DNA of 64,000 nucleotides from Gammaproteobacteria bacterium (GCA_965238175.1 CBDEGZ010000003.1:2400001-2464000), one strand, 5' to 3'. Shown: positions 31,598 through 41,982, numbered from the stretch's first letter. Notes: generated by a model from the letters alone, not told the origin. Made by a program: numbers and translations.

Positions 31598-32674
31598 CTA
31601 ACTTCTCGCTGCTAATTGAAAACTTTCCCGGTTCATTATGCTAATCACTTTTTTCGCATAATGAGGATCTGTTGCGTAACCTGAATTCTGTAATTCACGA
31701 ATATAAGCCTTGCTATTACCAGCTCGATTTACTGCGTTGTCGTAACGTGGTTGGTTCTTAATAAAGTTCACATAATCTTTAAAGCTTTCTCCAAAAGAGT
31801 TATATGTGCGAAAATCTGAAGCTTCTCTTTTTGCGATTCCATCACGATATTCCAACGATTTCACATTGATTGTTCCACCTTGCCAGGAAGAACCTGCCTT
31901 AATACCAAATAAGTTATGGCTGTTAGAACCATCCTTGCTTTTGATCATCTTTTTACCCCAACCAGTCTCTAAAGCGGCTTGGGCAACTAACAGATCTGGA
32001 TTAACGCCGATCTCTTTAGCTGCACTTTCTGCATGTGGCCACATCGCCTTAATAAATTCTTCTGGCGATTTAAATTTTGTATTTTCTGTAGACAAATTCT
32101 TGGTGACAGATTCAGATCGTTTAACTCGATCATAAATATTCTTATTTTGAGTTTGTAAATCAATTATTGGTCGTACAGTAACTTGTCGGTTTTGCAAATA
32201 CTGCTGTAGATTATTGTTCACCCTTTGCTTTGTCGATGAATCTAATTGATGGCTGATCAATCCTGTGTGGTTAAATAATGTTTGTGCTGATGGACCAAAC
32301 CCATTAAGCCCTTTTTCTACCGTCGGCATCTGATTTTTTAATTTCTCAACATCAGAATTTTCTTGTGATTTTGGCTTAGTCAGTTGTGCTTCAATTACTT
32401 TCGCCACACCAAAATCACCACGTTCAGAAATATCAATGGCAACTTGTTTATCAAACATATCCTGATACATTCGTGAACCTTCGTTATCCATCAAGCCTTC
32501 ACCACTTGTCGTATCACGTAGACTCTTAAGCATCATCTCAACAAACGAAGCTTCAAACTCTTTAGCGACGGCTTTAACTGCTTCCGGTGACTCTGCTTTT
32601 GCAGAAGCCCGCAACTTGGCCAAACCTGAAAAATCGGTATATACCCTTGAACTTGCTAATTCTGGAGACATCAT
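31598..32674 (-). CDS. flgJ: Flagellar rod cap / peptidoglycan hydrolase FlgJ
   Basis: FEASFVEMMLKSLR rod-binding domain; muramidase motifs AQAALETGWG, NLFGIKA, GYATDP. Confidence 0.95.
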   Translation of the reverse strand: MMSPELASSRVYTDFSGLAKLRASAKAESPEAVKAVAKEFEASFVEMMLKSLRDTTSGEGLMDNEGSRMYQDMFDKQVAIDISERGDFGVAKVIEAQLTKPKSQENSDVEKLKNQMPTVEKGLNGFGPSAQTLFNHTGLISHQLDSSTKQRVNNNLQQYLQNRQVTVRPIIDLQTQNKNIYDRVKRSESVTKNLSTENTKFKSPEEFIKAMWPHAESAAKEIGVNPDLLVAQAALETGWGKKMIKSKDGSNSHNLFGIKAGSSWQGGTINVKSLEYRDGIAKREASDFRTYNSFGESFKDYVNFIKNQPRYDNAVNRAGNSKAYIRELQNSGYATDPHYAKKVISIMNRESFQLAARS

Positions 32675-32716
32675 TCTTCCTTTAAAAATTAAACATACTA
32701 TTTATAACTGGTTGTA

Positions 32717-32732
32717 TGCAGAAGCTGTGCCA
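32717..32732 (-). promoter_or_regulatory. Sigma54 promoter of flgJKL
   Basis: Minus strand TGGCAC-AGCTT-CTGCA about 42 bp upstream of the ATG. Confidence 0.75.
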
Positions 32733-32787
32733 GCACATTTTTTCATTATTTATCAATAATATATGTATTTTTTTAGTATATAAAGAA

Positions 32788-32810
32788 GGCAAATTTTTGC
32801 CGGGCGGCAA
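32788..32810. promoter_or_regulatory. Candidate FleR/FlrC enhancer site
   Basis: Palindrome GGCAAA-TT-TTTGCC followed by CGGCAA; GC-rich patch within an AT-rich intergenic region. Confidence 0.5.
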
Positions 32811-32853
32811 ATACAGAACATACCAAATTCAAAAAATTAAAATTGTCTATTAA

Positions 32854-32869
32854 AGGCACGTTTAATGCT
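32854..32869 (+). promoter_or_regulatory. Candidate sigma54 promoter of the lipid operon
   Basis: AGGCAC-GTTTA-ATGCT (GG-N10-GC) about 80 bp upstream of ATG 32949. Confidence 0.45.
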
Positions 32870-32948
32870 TTACTCTGTCATAAGTTTGAACACTCAAATT
32901 CTATAAACCCAATAACTAAAATAAATTACCGAGAAATATCTGTTAAAG

Positions 32949-35261
32949 ATGGAAGACGAATTTATACTCAACACATCTACCTATAAATGGTCTGCGAGAG
33001 CCTTTAGCCGTCTGGAAAAATTACTGGGTATTAACCTCAAATTGCATGAAGAACAAAATAGTGCAGACGAAGGTGACATTTTTTTATTTAATCATTTTGC
33101 ACGTTTTGAAACTTTTATACCTCAATATTTGATCTACAAAAAAACGGGTGCTGTTTGTCGTTCAATTGCATCCTCAGAATTTTTCAAAGATGACGACACC
33201 TTTACAAATTATTTGATCAAACTTGGTGGTGTACCTAATAACCGTCCTGAACTACTGCCCTTTCTAGCTAAGGAAATATTACGTGGCCGCAAGGTCGTTC
33301 TGTTTCCTGAAGGAGGTATGGTTAAAGATCGTTCTGTTGTGGATGATAAAGGTCAATACAGTGTTTATTCTCGAAGTGCGAAACAGCGTCGAAAACACCA
33401 TACAGGCGCAGCACTATTGGCAATGTCTTTAGAGAATTTTAAAGCCAGGATCAAACTTGCTAAACAACAAAACGATTTCACCCAACTAGAAAATTGGAAA
33501 AACTCACTTGAATTAGAAAGTGTTGATGCTCTTCTCAAGGCGGCTAATAAACCAACGAATATTGTTCCCGCCAATATTACTTTCTACCCGATCAGGATTG
33601 ACGACAATTTACTACGTAAAAGCATAGAGATCATCAATCGAAAAAAACTCAGTCGTCGTGCCACTGAAGAGATTATTATTGAAAGTAATCTAGTCATGAA
33701 TAATACCGATATGGATATTCGCTTAGGTTCGCCAATTTGTCCAATAGAAACCTGGCATTGGTGGGATCGTGCATCGTTGAGTTTTATTAATAAACGCCTG
33801 ACGAATATTGAAGATTATTTTGATCATACTCCTATCGGCAATCGTCTCATAAACCGAATTATTAATCGTATTTCCAAAAGAAGTATCGGTGAGTTGAGAG
33901 ATCGATACATGGAGTCGATGTATTCACTGACAACGATCAACTTAAGCCACCTTGCCTCTGTCGCAATTTTAAAATTAATAGATAAAGGAAGAACATCCAT
34001 TGATCAACAAAAATTCTACAAGCTTCTTTATTTGTGTATTAAAAATGCACAAGCTCAAGAATCTATTTTCTTACATCGAAGCCTGAGAGATGCAACCTAT
34101 TATGAAAAAGTAATCAATGGTGAATCGCCAAGAATTATGACTTTTATAAATACGGCATCACTTTCCGGCTTAATCAAAAAAGAAAATGATCAATTTATAT
34201 TCACCGAAAAAATATCTCATGAAAATGAGTTTGATCAAATTCGCCTACGAAATATCATTGCCGTTTATGCTAATGAAGCGACACCGATTAATGGTGTTAC
34301 TACCGCCGTTGACAAAGCCATTGCAGAAACTGAAACCATCTCTGATCAAATCTGGGCTCAGTACCGATTCGATGATGAACTTGTAAGTTATGAATTTCAT
34401 AAAAAACGATATTCAGAACCAAAATATGAAGAAATAAACAAACAACAAACTGCGACAGAAAATGGTGAACCTTATCTTTTCTTACCTGAAGAACATTCTA
34501 AATTAGGCGTGGTACTTGTTCATGGTTTTCTCGCTTCACCCGCAGAATTAAAAACGTTTGCGGAACGTCTACATAAAAAAAGCTTCCCAGTGATTGGTGT
34601 GCGAATGGCAGGACATGGGACTTCTCCATGGGATCTAAAAAATAGAGATTGGTCAGAATGGGTAACTTCGATCAAACGCAGTTATGAGATCATTTCCCCC
34701 TATTGCGATCAAATCTGTGTCGTCGGGTTTTCAACCGGTGCGACAGCATCCCTGCTACTTGCTGCTGAAAAACCAGCAAAACTGGCTGGCGTTGTAGCCG
34801 TTTCCACACCGGTAAAATTTGGGAATCGAAACATCGTTTTTGTTCCTCTGGTGCATGGCTTAAATAAACTTATTAGTTTGGTGAAATCTTCAGAAAACAC
34901 CAATCCTTTCAGTATTAATGATTCTGATCATCCCGAAATAAATTATCGACATATTCCGATCAAAGCACTCTATGAATTACGATTAATGATCGATGCGATG
35001 AAAAAGAAATTATCCGATATTAGCTGTCCAACATTAATCCTCCATGCAGAAAGGGATGCTGTTGCCGATATTAGTGGAGTCAAAATCATTGAAAAGAATA
35101 TCGGTTCAGATCAATTATCGGTGATTACAATCGCGTCCGATAGACATGGACTCATTCTTGAGGATATCGGCGACAGTCAAACACATATCATGGCCTTCTT
35201 GACAAGACTTGCTGAAACATACCAGGATAACAACAAATGCGAGCCTGTTATAAGTGCATAA
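32949..35261 (+). CDS. Acyltransferase (PlsB/PlsC-like) fused to C-terminal alpha/beta hydrolase (esterase/lipase)
   Basis: FNHFARFE and LFPEGG acyltransferase-like blocks; C-terminal VHGF and GFSTG nucleophile elbow, then D and H. Confidence 0.75.
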   Translation: MEDEFILNTSTYKWSARAFSRLEKLLGINLKLHEEQNSADEGDIFLFNHFARFETFIPQYLIYKKTGAVCRSIASSEFFKDDDTFTNYLIKLGGVPNNRPELLPFLAKEILRGRKVVLFPEGGMVKDRSVVDDKGQYSVYSRSAKQRRKHHTGAALLAMSLENFKARIKLAKQQNDFTQLENWKNSLELESVDALLKAANKPTNIVPANITFYPIRIDDNLLRKSIEIINRKKLSRRATEEIIIESNLVMNNTDMDIRLGSPICPIETWHWWDRASLSFINKRLTNIEDYFDHTPIGNRLINRIINRISKRSIGELRDRYMESMYSLTTINLSHLASVAILKLIDKGRTSIDQQKFYKLLYLCIKNAQAQESIFLHRSLRDATYYEKVINGESPRIMTFINTASLSGLIKKENDQFIFTEKISHENEFDQIRLRNIIAVYANEATPINGVTTAVDKAIAETETISDQIWAQYRFDDELVSYEFHKKRYSEPKYEEINKQQTATENGEPYLFLPEEHSKLGVVLVHGFLASPAELKTFAERLHKKSFPVIGVRMAGHGTSPWDLKNRDWSEWVTSIKRSYEIISPYCDQICVVGFSTGATASLLLAAEKPAKLAGVVAVSTPVKFGNRNIVFVPLVHGLNKLISLVKSSENTNPFSINDSDHPEINYRHIPIKALYELRLMIDAMKKKLSDISCPTLILHAERDAVADISGVKIIEKNIGSDQLSVITIASDRHGLILEDIGDSQTHIMAFLTRLAETYQDNNKCEPVISA

Positions 35262-35280
35262 TAATTAAAAGGGGATTCTT

Positions 35281-37701
35281 ATGTTAGTCTTTTTACTCGG
35301 GTTTATCATTCTTCTAACAGCTTTAGCTTATATCAGCGTTAGCCTGAAAATCTGGTCAGTTGCAATTGTTGCCTTTCTGTTATTCAGCTCTATATTTTTC
35401 TCAGTATCTGGGTGGGCTATAGCAATTTTCTGGATATTATCACTCGCTATTCTAGTCCCATTAAATATCGGCAGTATCAGAAAACAATATCTAACTAAAC
35501 CTGCACTCGATCTATTTCGTAAAGTACTACCTCCGTTGTCATCAACTGAGAAAGAAGCCATGGAATCTGGTGATGTCTGGTGGGATGGTGATCTGTTTAG
35601 TGGCGATCCAGACTGGAATAAACTTCTCAGTAACCCAAAACCGACACTTTCTGAAGAAGAACAAACATTCATGGATGGTCCGGTTGAAATACTCTGCAAT
35701 ATGATCGACGACTGGCAAGTCACTCACGTTGAAAAAGATCTTCCGAAAGAAGTCTGGGATTATCTACGCAAAGAAAAATTCTTTGGAATGATCATTGCTA
35801 AAGAACACGGTGGTTTGGGCTTCTCTGCCCTCGGTCATTCCTCTGTGGTTATGAAGATCTCAACTCGAAGTATCACCGCAGCCGTCACAGTCATGGTACC
35901 TAACTCACTTGGGCCTGGTTCACTGTTACAAACCTATGGCACACAAGAACAAAAAGATTATTATCTACCTCGACTTTCTATCGGAAAAGAATTTCCTTGC
36001 TTCGCATTGACGGGTCCTGACGCGGGAAGTGATGCCGGAGCAATGCCTGATTTTGGTATTGTTTGCCGTCAGGATTTTGATGGCGAAAAAGAAGTTCTTG
36101 GTGTCAAAATTACTTGGGAGAAACGCTACATCACATTAGGTCCTGTTGCGACAATACTAGGGCTTGCGTTTAAACTTTATGATCCTGATCATTTAATTGG
36201 TGAGAAAGAAAATATAGGTATCACACTGGCATTAATCCCGACTGATCACAAAGGGGTTAACATTGGTCGCCGTCACATCCCTATCGATATCCCTTTTCAA
36301 AATGGTCCTAATTCTGGCCAGGATGTTTTTATTCCAATAGATTGGCTCATCGGTGGACAGGAATACGTTGGCAAAGGCTGGAGCATGTTAATGGAATGCC
36401 TGGCTGAAGGTCGTGGCGTCTCCCTGCCCGCCTTGAGTGCAGGTGCTGCTAAATTGGCCAGCAGAACCTCCGGCGCCTATTCCATTATTCGCAAACAATT
36501 CAATATGTCGATTGGCCAATTTGAGGGCGTGCAAGAATCTTTGGGACGTATTGCTGGCTTGTCTTATATGATTGAAGCTGCCCGTACGATGACACTCGGT
36601 GCGCTTGATCAACATATCCACCCTTCTGTTGTCACTGCGATAATAAAGTATCATTTGACCGAAAGCATGCGTACTCTCATTGATGATGCCATGGACATTC
36701 ACGGTGGTAAGGGCATTATGATGGGACCAAGCAATTATCTCGGTCGAATTTATCAATCTATCCCCGTGAGCATCACTGTCGAAGGTGCAAACATTCTGAC
36801 ACGGAACATGATGATCTATGGACAAGGTGCAACGCGTTGTCATCCTTATGTTCTAAAAGAAATGTTAGCTGCAAGTGAAACCAATGATGCCATCGCTTTG
36901 GGTAAATTTGATGATGTGTTCTATAAACACATGGCATTTACTATCAGTAATAAGGCACGCGCATTTGTGCTTGGTCTTACTAATGGCCATTTTGGATCTG
37001 CACCAAATAATGGTGCAGGTAGACGCTATTACCAACAACTTAGTCGAATGAGTGCGGCACTGGCCTTCACATCAGATGTGGCAATGGGCGTGCTTGGTGG
37101 TGAACTAAAACGCCGAGAATATATATCAGCCCGACTTGGTGATGTATTAAGCTACCTGTATCTCGGATCTGCGATTTTAAAACGTTTTGAAGATCAGGGC
37201 AGACCTAAAGATGATGAAGCCTTAATGAAGTGGGCAAGCGAATATTGTCTGTTCCGTATGCAAGAAAGTTTTTATGGTTTATTTGATAATTTTCCAAATT
37301 GTCTTCTGGGTAAATCACTCCGACTGATTGTGTTTCCATGGGGTCGAAACTTTAAAAAACCATCAGATGCATTGACCAGTAAAGCGGCATCCATCTTAAC
37401 GTCACCTTCAGAAGCGAGAGATCGTTTGACGGAAGATTTATTTATTCCTCAAGATGAAAATGAATCAATTTCTCAACTCGAAAAAGCACTCGTATTAATG
37501 ATCAAATCCCAGCCGGTTGAAAAGAAAATTTATAAAGCAAGAAAAGCTGATCAATTAACAATTGTACCAGGAGAGCTTTTATATAAATCGGCTTTGGCAG
37601 CTGGCGTAATCACAGAAGAAGAAGCTCAACTTATGGAAGCTGCAGCTCAAGCGCAACGGAATGTCATCATGGTAGATGATTTTGATCTTGAAGAAGTATA
37701 A
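35281..37701 (+). CDS. fadE: Acyl-CoA dehydrogenase FadE
   Basis: N-terminal TMs, VMVPNSLGPG, FALTGPDAGSDA, ITVEGANILTR, long FadE-type C-terminus. Confidence 0.93.
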   Translation: MLVFLLGFIILLTALAYISVSLKIWSVAIVAFLLFSSIFFSVSGWAIAIFWILSLAILVPLNIGSIRKQYLTKPALDLFRKVLPPLSSTEKEAMESGDVWWDGDLFSGDPDWNKLLSNPKPTLSEEEQTFMDGPVEILCNMIDDWQVTHVEKDLPKEVWDYLRKEKFFGMIIAKEHGGLGFSALGHSSVVMKISTRSITAAVTVMVPNSLGPGSLLQTYGTQEQKDYYLPRLSIGKEFPCFALTGPDAGSDAGAMPDFGIVCRQDFDGEKEVLGVKITWEKRYITLGPVATILGLAFKLYDPDHLIGEKENIGITLALIPTDHKGVNIGRRHIPIDIPFQNGPNSGQDVFIPIDWLIGGQEYVGKGWSMLMECLAEGRGVSLPALSAGAAKLASRTSGAYSIIRKQFNMSIGQFEGVQESLGRIAGLSYMIEAARTMTLGALDQHIHPSVVTAIIKYHLTESMRTLIDDAMDIHGGKGIMMGPSNYLGRIYQSIPVSITVEGANILTRNMMIYGQGATRCHPYVLKEMLAASETNDAIALGKFDDVFYKHMAFTISNKARAFVLGLTNGHFGSAPNNGAGRRYYQQLSRMSAALAFTSDVAMGVLGGELKRREYISARLGDVLSYLYLGSAILKRFEDQGRPKDDEALMKWASEYCLFRMQESFYGLFDNFPNCLLGKSLRLIVFPWGRNFKKPSDALTSKAASILTSPSEARDRLTEDLFIPQDENESISQLEKALVLMIKSQPVEKKIYKARKADQLTIVPGELLYKSALAAGVITEEEAQLMEAAAQAQRNVIMVDDFDLEEV

Positions 37702-37773
37702 TCGAAAGAGTAATAATGGAATTTAACAAGAGAATCTTCCTAGAACGTATCAATAATTTCAAAGAGGGATGTG

Positions 37774-39066
37774 ATGAAAAAAATGTCCGGCCGTTCTGTT
37801 TATGTTGTCGATGGCAGTCGATCACCCTATTTAAAATCAGGTAGTCCGACGAAAGCCCTAACGGCATCAGATCTGGCCATTAAATCTGCCTATCCTCTTT
37901 TATCCAGGCAACCATTCGCAGAACAAGAACTTGATGAAGTCATTCTGGGCTGTACCATGTCTGGTCCCGATGAAGCCAATATTGCCCGTGTCGTATCCTT
38001 AAGATTGGGTTGTGGAAAAGGTGTTCCTGCCTGGACCGTACAACGTAACTGTGGTTCGGGCATGCAAGCCTTAGACAGTGCGGCCAGAAATATTGCAAGC
38101 AACCGTGCAGACTTGGTTCTGGCCGGTGGCGCTGAGTCAATGAGCCATGCCCCGGTACTGTTTCCGCCGGAGATGGTTGATTGGTTAGGTGATTTAGCCA
38201 GGGCAAAAACAGCTGCGGCCAAAGCCAAAATAATGTCCAGATTCAAACTAAAAAATCTTAAACCGGTTATTGGTCTACTACGTGGCCTCACCGATCCGAC
38301 CATCGGGCTAAACATGGGGCATACCGCTGAAATTCTCGCGGATAAATTCAATATCTCACGATTAGAAATGGATCAATATTCCGTTCGCAGTCATCAACGA
38401 TTATTGGCGGCACATAGTGAAGGTCGTCTAGGCGAAATAGAAACAATCTACAATTGGGAAGGAACTATTTTTGATCATGACGAAGGTGCTCGAGCAGATT
38501 CATCTATCGAACGACTCACAAAACTAAAACCCGCATTTGATAAAAAATTCGGCAAAGTAACACCTGGAAATAGTTCTCAAATCACCGATGGTGCAGCCTG
38601 GTTATTATTGGCCAGTGCAAGTGCTGTGAAGAAATATCAACTTCCCGTCATGGGCAGAATTGTTGATGCACATTGGGCCGGTAACGAACCGCGTGAAATG
38701 GGTTTAGGACCCGTTCATGCCAGCACGCCTCTCTTACTGCGTCATAAACTGGATTTGGAGAAACTTGATTATATCGAACTAAACGAAGCATTTGCGGCAC
38801 AAGTAATCGGCTGCTGTCGAGCCTGGACTGATAGTGATTATTGTAAGAAAGAACTCCATTTAAAATCTGCCTTTGGTGAAATTGATCCTGATAAACTTAA
38901 TGTCGATGGCGGCGCAATTAGCGTTGGTCATCCTGTAGGTTCCAGTGGCGCACGCATTGTCTTGCATCTTTTGCATACACTGCAACAAAAAAATGCAAAC
39001 CGTGGTCTGGCGACTTTGTGTATTGGTGGCGGTCAGGGTGGCGCTATGTTGGTGGAGAGAGATTAG
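37774..39066 (+). CDS. fadI: Acetyl-CoA C-acyltransferase (thiolase, FadI-like)
   Basis: RNCGSG catalytic Cys, NEAFA, GHPVG, LCIGGGQG. Confidence 0.85.
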   Translation: MKKMSGRSVYVVDGSRSPYLKSGSPTKALTASDLAIKSAYPLLSRQPFAEQELDEVILGCTMSGPDEANIARVVSLRLGCGKGVPAWTVQRNCGSGMQALDSAARNIASNRADLVLAGGAESMSHAPVLFPPEMVDWLGDLARAKTAAAKAKIMSRFKLKNLKPVIGLLRGLTDPTIGLNMGHTAEILADKFNISRLEMDQYSVRSHQRLLAAHSEGRLGEIETIYNWEGTIFDHDEGARADSSIERLTKLKPAFDKKFGKVTPGNSSQITDGAAWLLLASASAVKKYQLPVMGRIVDAHWAGNEPREMGLGPVHASTPLLLRHKLDLEKLDYIELNEAFAAQVIGCCRAWTDSDYCKKELHLKSAFGEIDPDKLNVDGGAISVGHPVGSSGARIVLHLLHTLQQKNANRGLATLCIGGGQGGAMLVERD

Positions 39067-39068
39067 TT

Positions 39069-41117
39069 ATGTCAACAAATAAATATAATAACTGGCAACT
39101 TAGTACCGATGATCAAAGAATTGTCTGGTTAACGATCAACAAGGCCAATGCAACTACTAATGTTCTTTCTTCCGATGTAATGGAAGAACTCGATCAAATT
39201 CTGACAGAGATCGATCAAAATAATAGCAACAAGGATGTAAAGGGACTTTTGATCTTATCCGGTAAGCCTAATGGTTTTATAGCCGGAGCCGACATCTCCG
39301 AATTTGAAAAAATAGAGAACCGTGATCAAGCCTTAGAATTTATAAAACGTGGTCAAGAAATTTTAAATAAACTGGAATCACTTCGTATACCAACAGCGGC
39401 ATTGATTGACGGATTCTGTCTTGGTGGTGGCTTAGAACTGGCGTTAGCCTGTCGCTATAGAATTGCGACAGATGAGTCAAACACAAGACTTGGTTTACCT
39501 GAAGTGAAATTGGGTATCCATCCAGGTTTTGGTGGCACAATGCGTTTAAATCGTTTGATCGGTGCTCTCGCTGCGATGGACATGATGTTAACTGGTCGCA
39601 CAATAGATTCTCGTCGAACCCATAAAATGGGCATTATTGATCGCCTTGTTCCTAAGCGACATCTGCATTCCGCAGGTGTTATCACACTTACCGAACAAGC
39701 TGCACCGCACAAACTCAACAAGACCAAAGCATTAGTCAGCCAAACAACTCTTGGCAGATCAATCCTGGCTGGGCAGTTTAGAAAACGAGTCGCAAAACAG
39801 GCATTACGCGAACATTACCCAGCTCCTTATGCATTAATTGATCTTTGGCAAAATCATGCTAATTCTGATCAAGATATGTTAAACGCCGAAGCTGAATCGG
39901 TTGCAGATCTGGTCACTAGCGAAACCTCAAAAAATCTGCTGCGCGTTTTTCATTTGCAAGAGCGCTTAAAATCTCAAGATAATAAAACTAGTGATAGTAA
40001 ACAAGATTGGATCCCTAAACATGTACACGTTATTGGCGCAGGTGTGATGGGTGGTGATATTGCCGCCTGGTGTGTTGTACAAGGATTTACAGTTAGTTTG
40101 CAAGATCAAGAACCAGCGTTTATTGCTCCAGCTTTACAACGCGCAAAAAAATTATTTGAACGTCGCTTTAAACAAAAATATCAACTCAAAAATGCACTTG
40201 ATCGGCTGCATCCAGATCATAATGGAGTATGCGTTGAAAAAGCCGATATTGTGATTGAGGCCATTGTCGAAAATATCGAGATTAAACAAACGCTCTACAA
40301 AAAACTCGAACCCAGAATGAAGCCAGGTGCAATCCTGGCAACCAATACATCAAGTATTGAATTAGAAACACTCAGTCATAGTCTTAATGATCCTGCAAAA
40401 CTGGTGGGTATACATTTTTTTAATCCTGTCGCAAAAATGCAATTGGTTGAGATTGTCTCCAGCAAACATACCGATCAAAAAATAATAAACCAGGCAGCAA
40501 CATTTGTTCGACAAATTGATCGTCTACCGCTACCAGTAAAAAGCTCACCCGGCTTTCTGATCAACCGAATTTTAATGCCTTATTTGCTGGAAGCCGTTGA
40601 ATTATTATCTGAAGGAAATACACCTGAGACGATTGATCAGGCGGCGATTAATTTTGGTATGCCAATGGGCCCAATCACTTTAGCCGACACGGTAGGCTTA
40701 GATATTTGTCTTTCGGTTGCATCGATTCTTGGAGAAAAGCTTGGTCTTGCCATTCCAAAAAAACTGCAGCAAATGATTGATCGAAATCGGCTTGGTAAAA
40801 AAAACGGTAAAGGATTTTATGATTATGATCATAAAGGAAATCCTGTTAAATCCAATGCCTCTGATCTACCCACAACACTCATCTCGGATCGTTTAGTGCT
40901 ACGTATTCTTAACGAATCAATCGCATGTTTGAGAGAAGAAGTTGTTGAAGATGCAGATCTGCTAGATGCTGGTTTAATTTTCGGAACTGGCTTTGCCCCA
41001 TACACAGGCGGACCAATGAATTATCTAAGGCACAAAGGCCGCGAGGCCACTTTACAGCGTCTAAAAGATCTCGAAGAAAATTATGGATCACGTTTCAAAC
41101 CCGATCCTGGCTGGTAA
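39069..41117 (+). CDS. fadJ: Enoyl-CoA hydratase / 3-hydroxyacyl-CoA dehydrogenase (FadJ-like)
   Basis: FIAGADI, GGGLELAL, LPEVKLG, GAGVMG, TNTSS, HFFNP; ATG at 39069. Confidence 0.88.
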   Translation: MSTNKYNNWQLSTDDQRIVWLTINKANATTNVLSSDVMEELDQILTEIDQNNSNKDVKGLLILSGKPNGFIAGADISEFEKIENRDQALEFIKRGQEILNKLESLRIPTAALIDGFCLGGGLELALACRYRIATDESNTRLGLPEVKLGIHPGFGGTMRLNRLIGALAAMDMMLTGRTIDSRRTHKMGIIDRLVPKRHLHSAGVITLTEQAAPHKLNKTKALVSQTTLGRSILAGQFRKRVAKQALREHYPAPYALIDLWQNHANSDQDMLNAEAESVADLVTSETSKNLLRVFHLQERLKSQDNKTSDSKQDWIPKHVHVIGAGVMGGDIAAWCVVQGFTVSLQDQEPAFIAPALQRAKKLFERRFKQKYQLKNALDRLHPDHNGVCVEKADIVIEAIVENIEIKQTLYKKLEPRMKPGAILATNTSSIELETLSHSLNDPAKLVGIHFFNPVAKMQLVEIVSSKHTDQKIINQAATFVRQIDRLPLPVKSSPGFLINRILMPYLLEAVELLSEGNTPETIDQAAINFGMPMGPITLADTVGLDICLSVASILGEKLGLAIPKKLQQMIDRNRLGKKNGKGFYDYDHKGNPVKSNASDLPTTLISDRLVLRILNESIACLREEVVEDADLLDAGLIFGTGFAPYTGGPMNYLRHKGREATLQRLKDLEENYGSRFKPDPGW

Positions 41118-41135
41118 AAATTAAAAAAATAATAA

Positions 41136-41717
41136 ATGGCGACAATGAAAAATAGCACCATTCAAGTTACAGATTCTTCAACTCTGCCAGGGTTATTCCG
41201 ACAACGATGTCAGCTCACACCGAATGCAATTGCTTATCGGCAATTCAATCAATCATCAAAAAGCTGGATTAGTTATAGTTGGAAACAAACTGAAAAAGAT
41301 ATTAATCGCTGGCAAGCTTCCCTCGCAAAATATGCTCTTGAAGAAGGTGATCGTGTTGCCATCATGGTACATAACTGTCACGAATGGGTCTTATTTGAAC
41401 AAGCCGCACTGAATCTTGGATTGGTTATTGTGCCTATATATATTAATGACCGCGCGGACAATATCGCCTATGTTATTAATAATTCAGAATCGAAACTTTT
41501 GTTCCTCGCGGGGAATGATCAGTGGCAAGAAGTTTCAAAAGAATTAGATCAATTAAACACCCTAGAAACAATCATCAGCATAAGATCCACCAATGGAAAA
41601 AATGATCCGCGATTGATCACTTTAAATAATTTCTTAATCGAAGTGGATTTTGAACTTCAAACTAAAGACAGTAATCCCAATGCGCTAGCAACTATTGTAT
41701 ATACCCGTGCCACCTGA
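41136..41717 (+). pseudogene. Truncated long-chain fatty acid-CoA ligase (FadD/ACSL-like)
   Basis: AMP-binding N-terminal region (GDRVAI, VPIY) ends at LATIVYT-RAT-stop, where YTSGTTG is expected; the remainder is absent from the window. Confidence 0.88.
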
Positions 41718-41754
41718 AATCTGCATTTCCAGATGGCACGGGTACACGGGTATA
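41700..41754. repeat. Palindromic ERIC/MITE-like remnant at the ligase breakpoint
   Basis: Termini TATACCCGTG / CACGGGTATA; inner imperfect stem tacccgtgccacctgaaat / atttccagatggcacgggta. Confidence 0.6.
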
Positions 41755-41945
41755 AAGGTCACTAGGAGCTAATGATAAGCAGCGACAGATTTGCTGAACG
41801 TTGTTCCCAGCCTTCTTCAGCTTCACCGCAATTTATTGCCGTTGCTCATTTCCATAGCGAAGAAGGCTTGATCACCTGCACCGAACAGAGGTGAAATTAC
41901 GATGCAGTTTAATTACTCTCGCCTGATGACATACCCTTGAACAGA

Positions 41946-41963
41946 TGTTAAAAATATTAAACA
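41946..41963. promoter_or_regulatory. Candidate PuuR/PauR operator
   Basis: 18-bp quasi-palindrome TGTTAAAAATATTAAACA; similar box at 42625. Confidence 0.4.
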
Positions 41964-41982
41964 ACCAGTTTGTTGTAACAAG

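Noticed and set aside
41760-41932. Possible aldehyde dehydrogenase pseudogene fragment (minus strand ...GWEQRSANLSL...)
   Set aside because: The resemblance is only about 10 aa amid stops; it cannot be supported without a search
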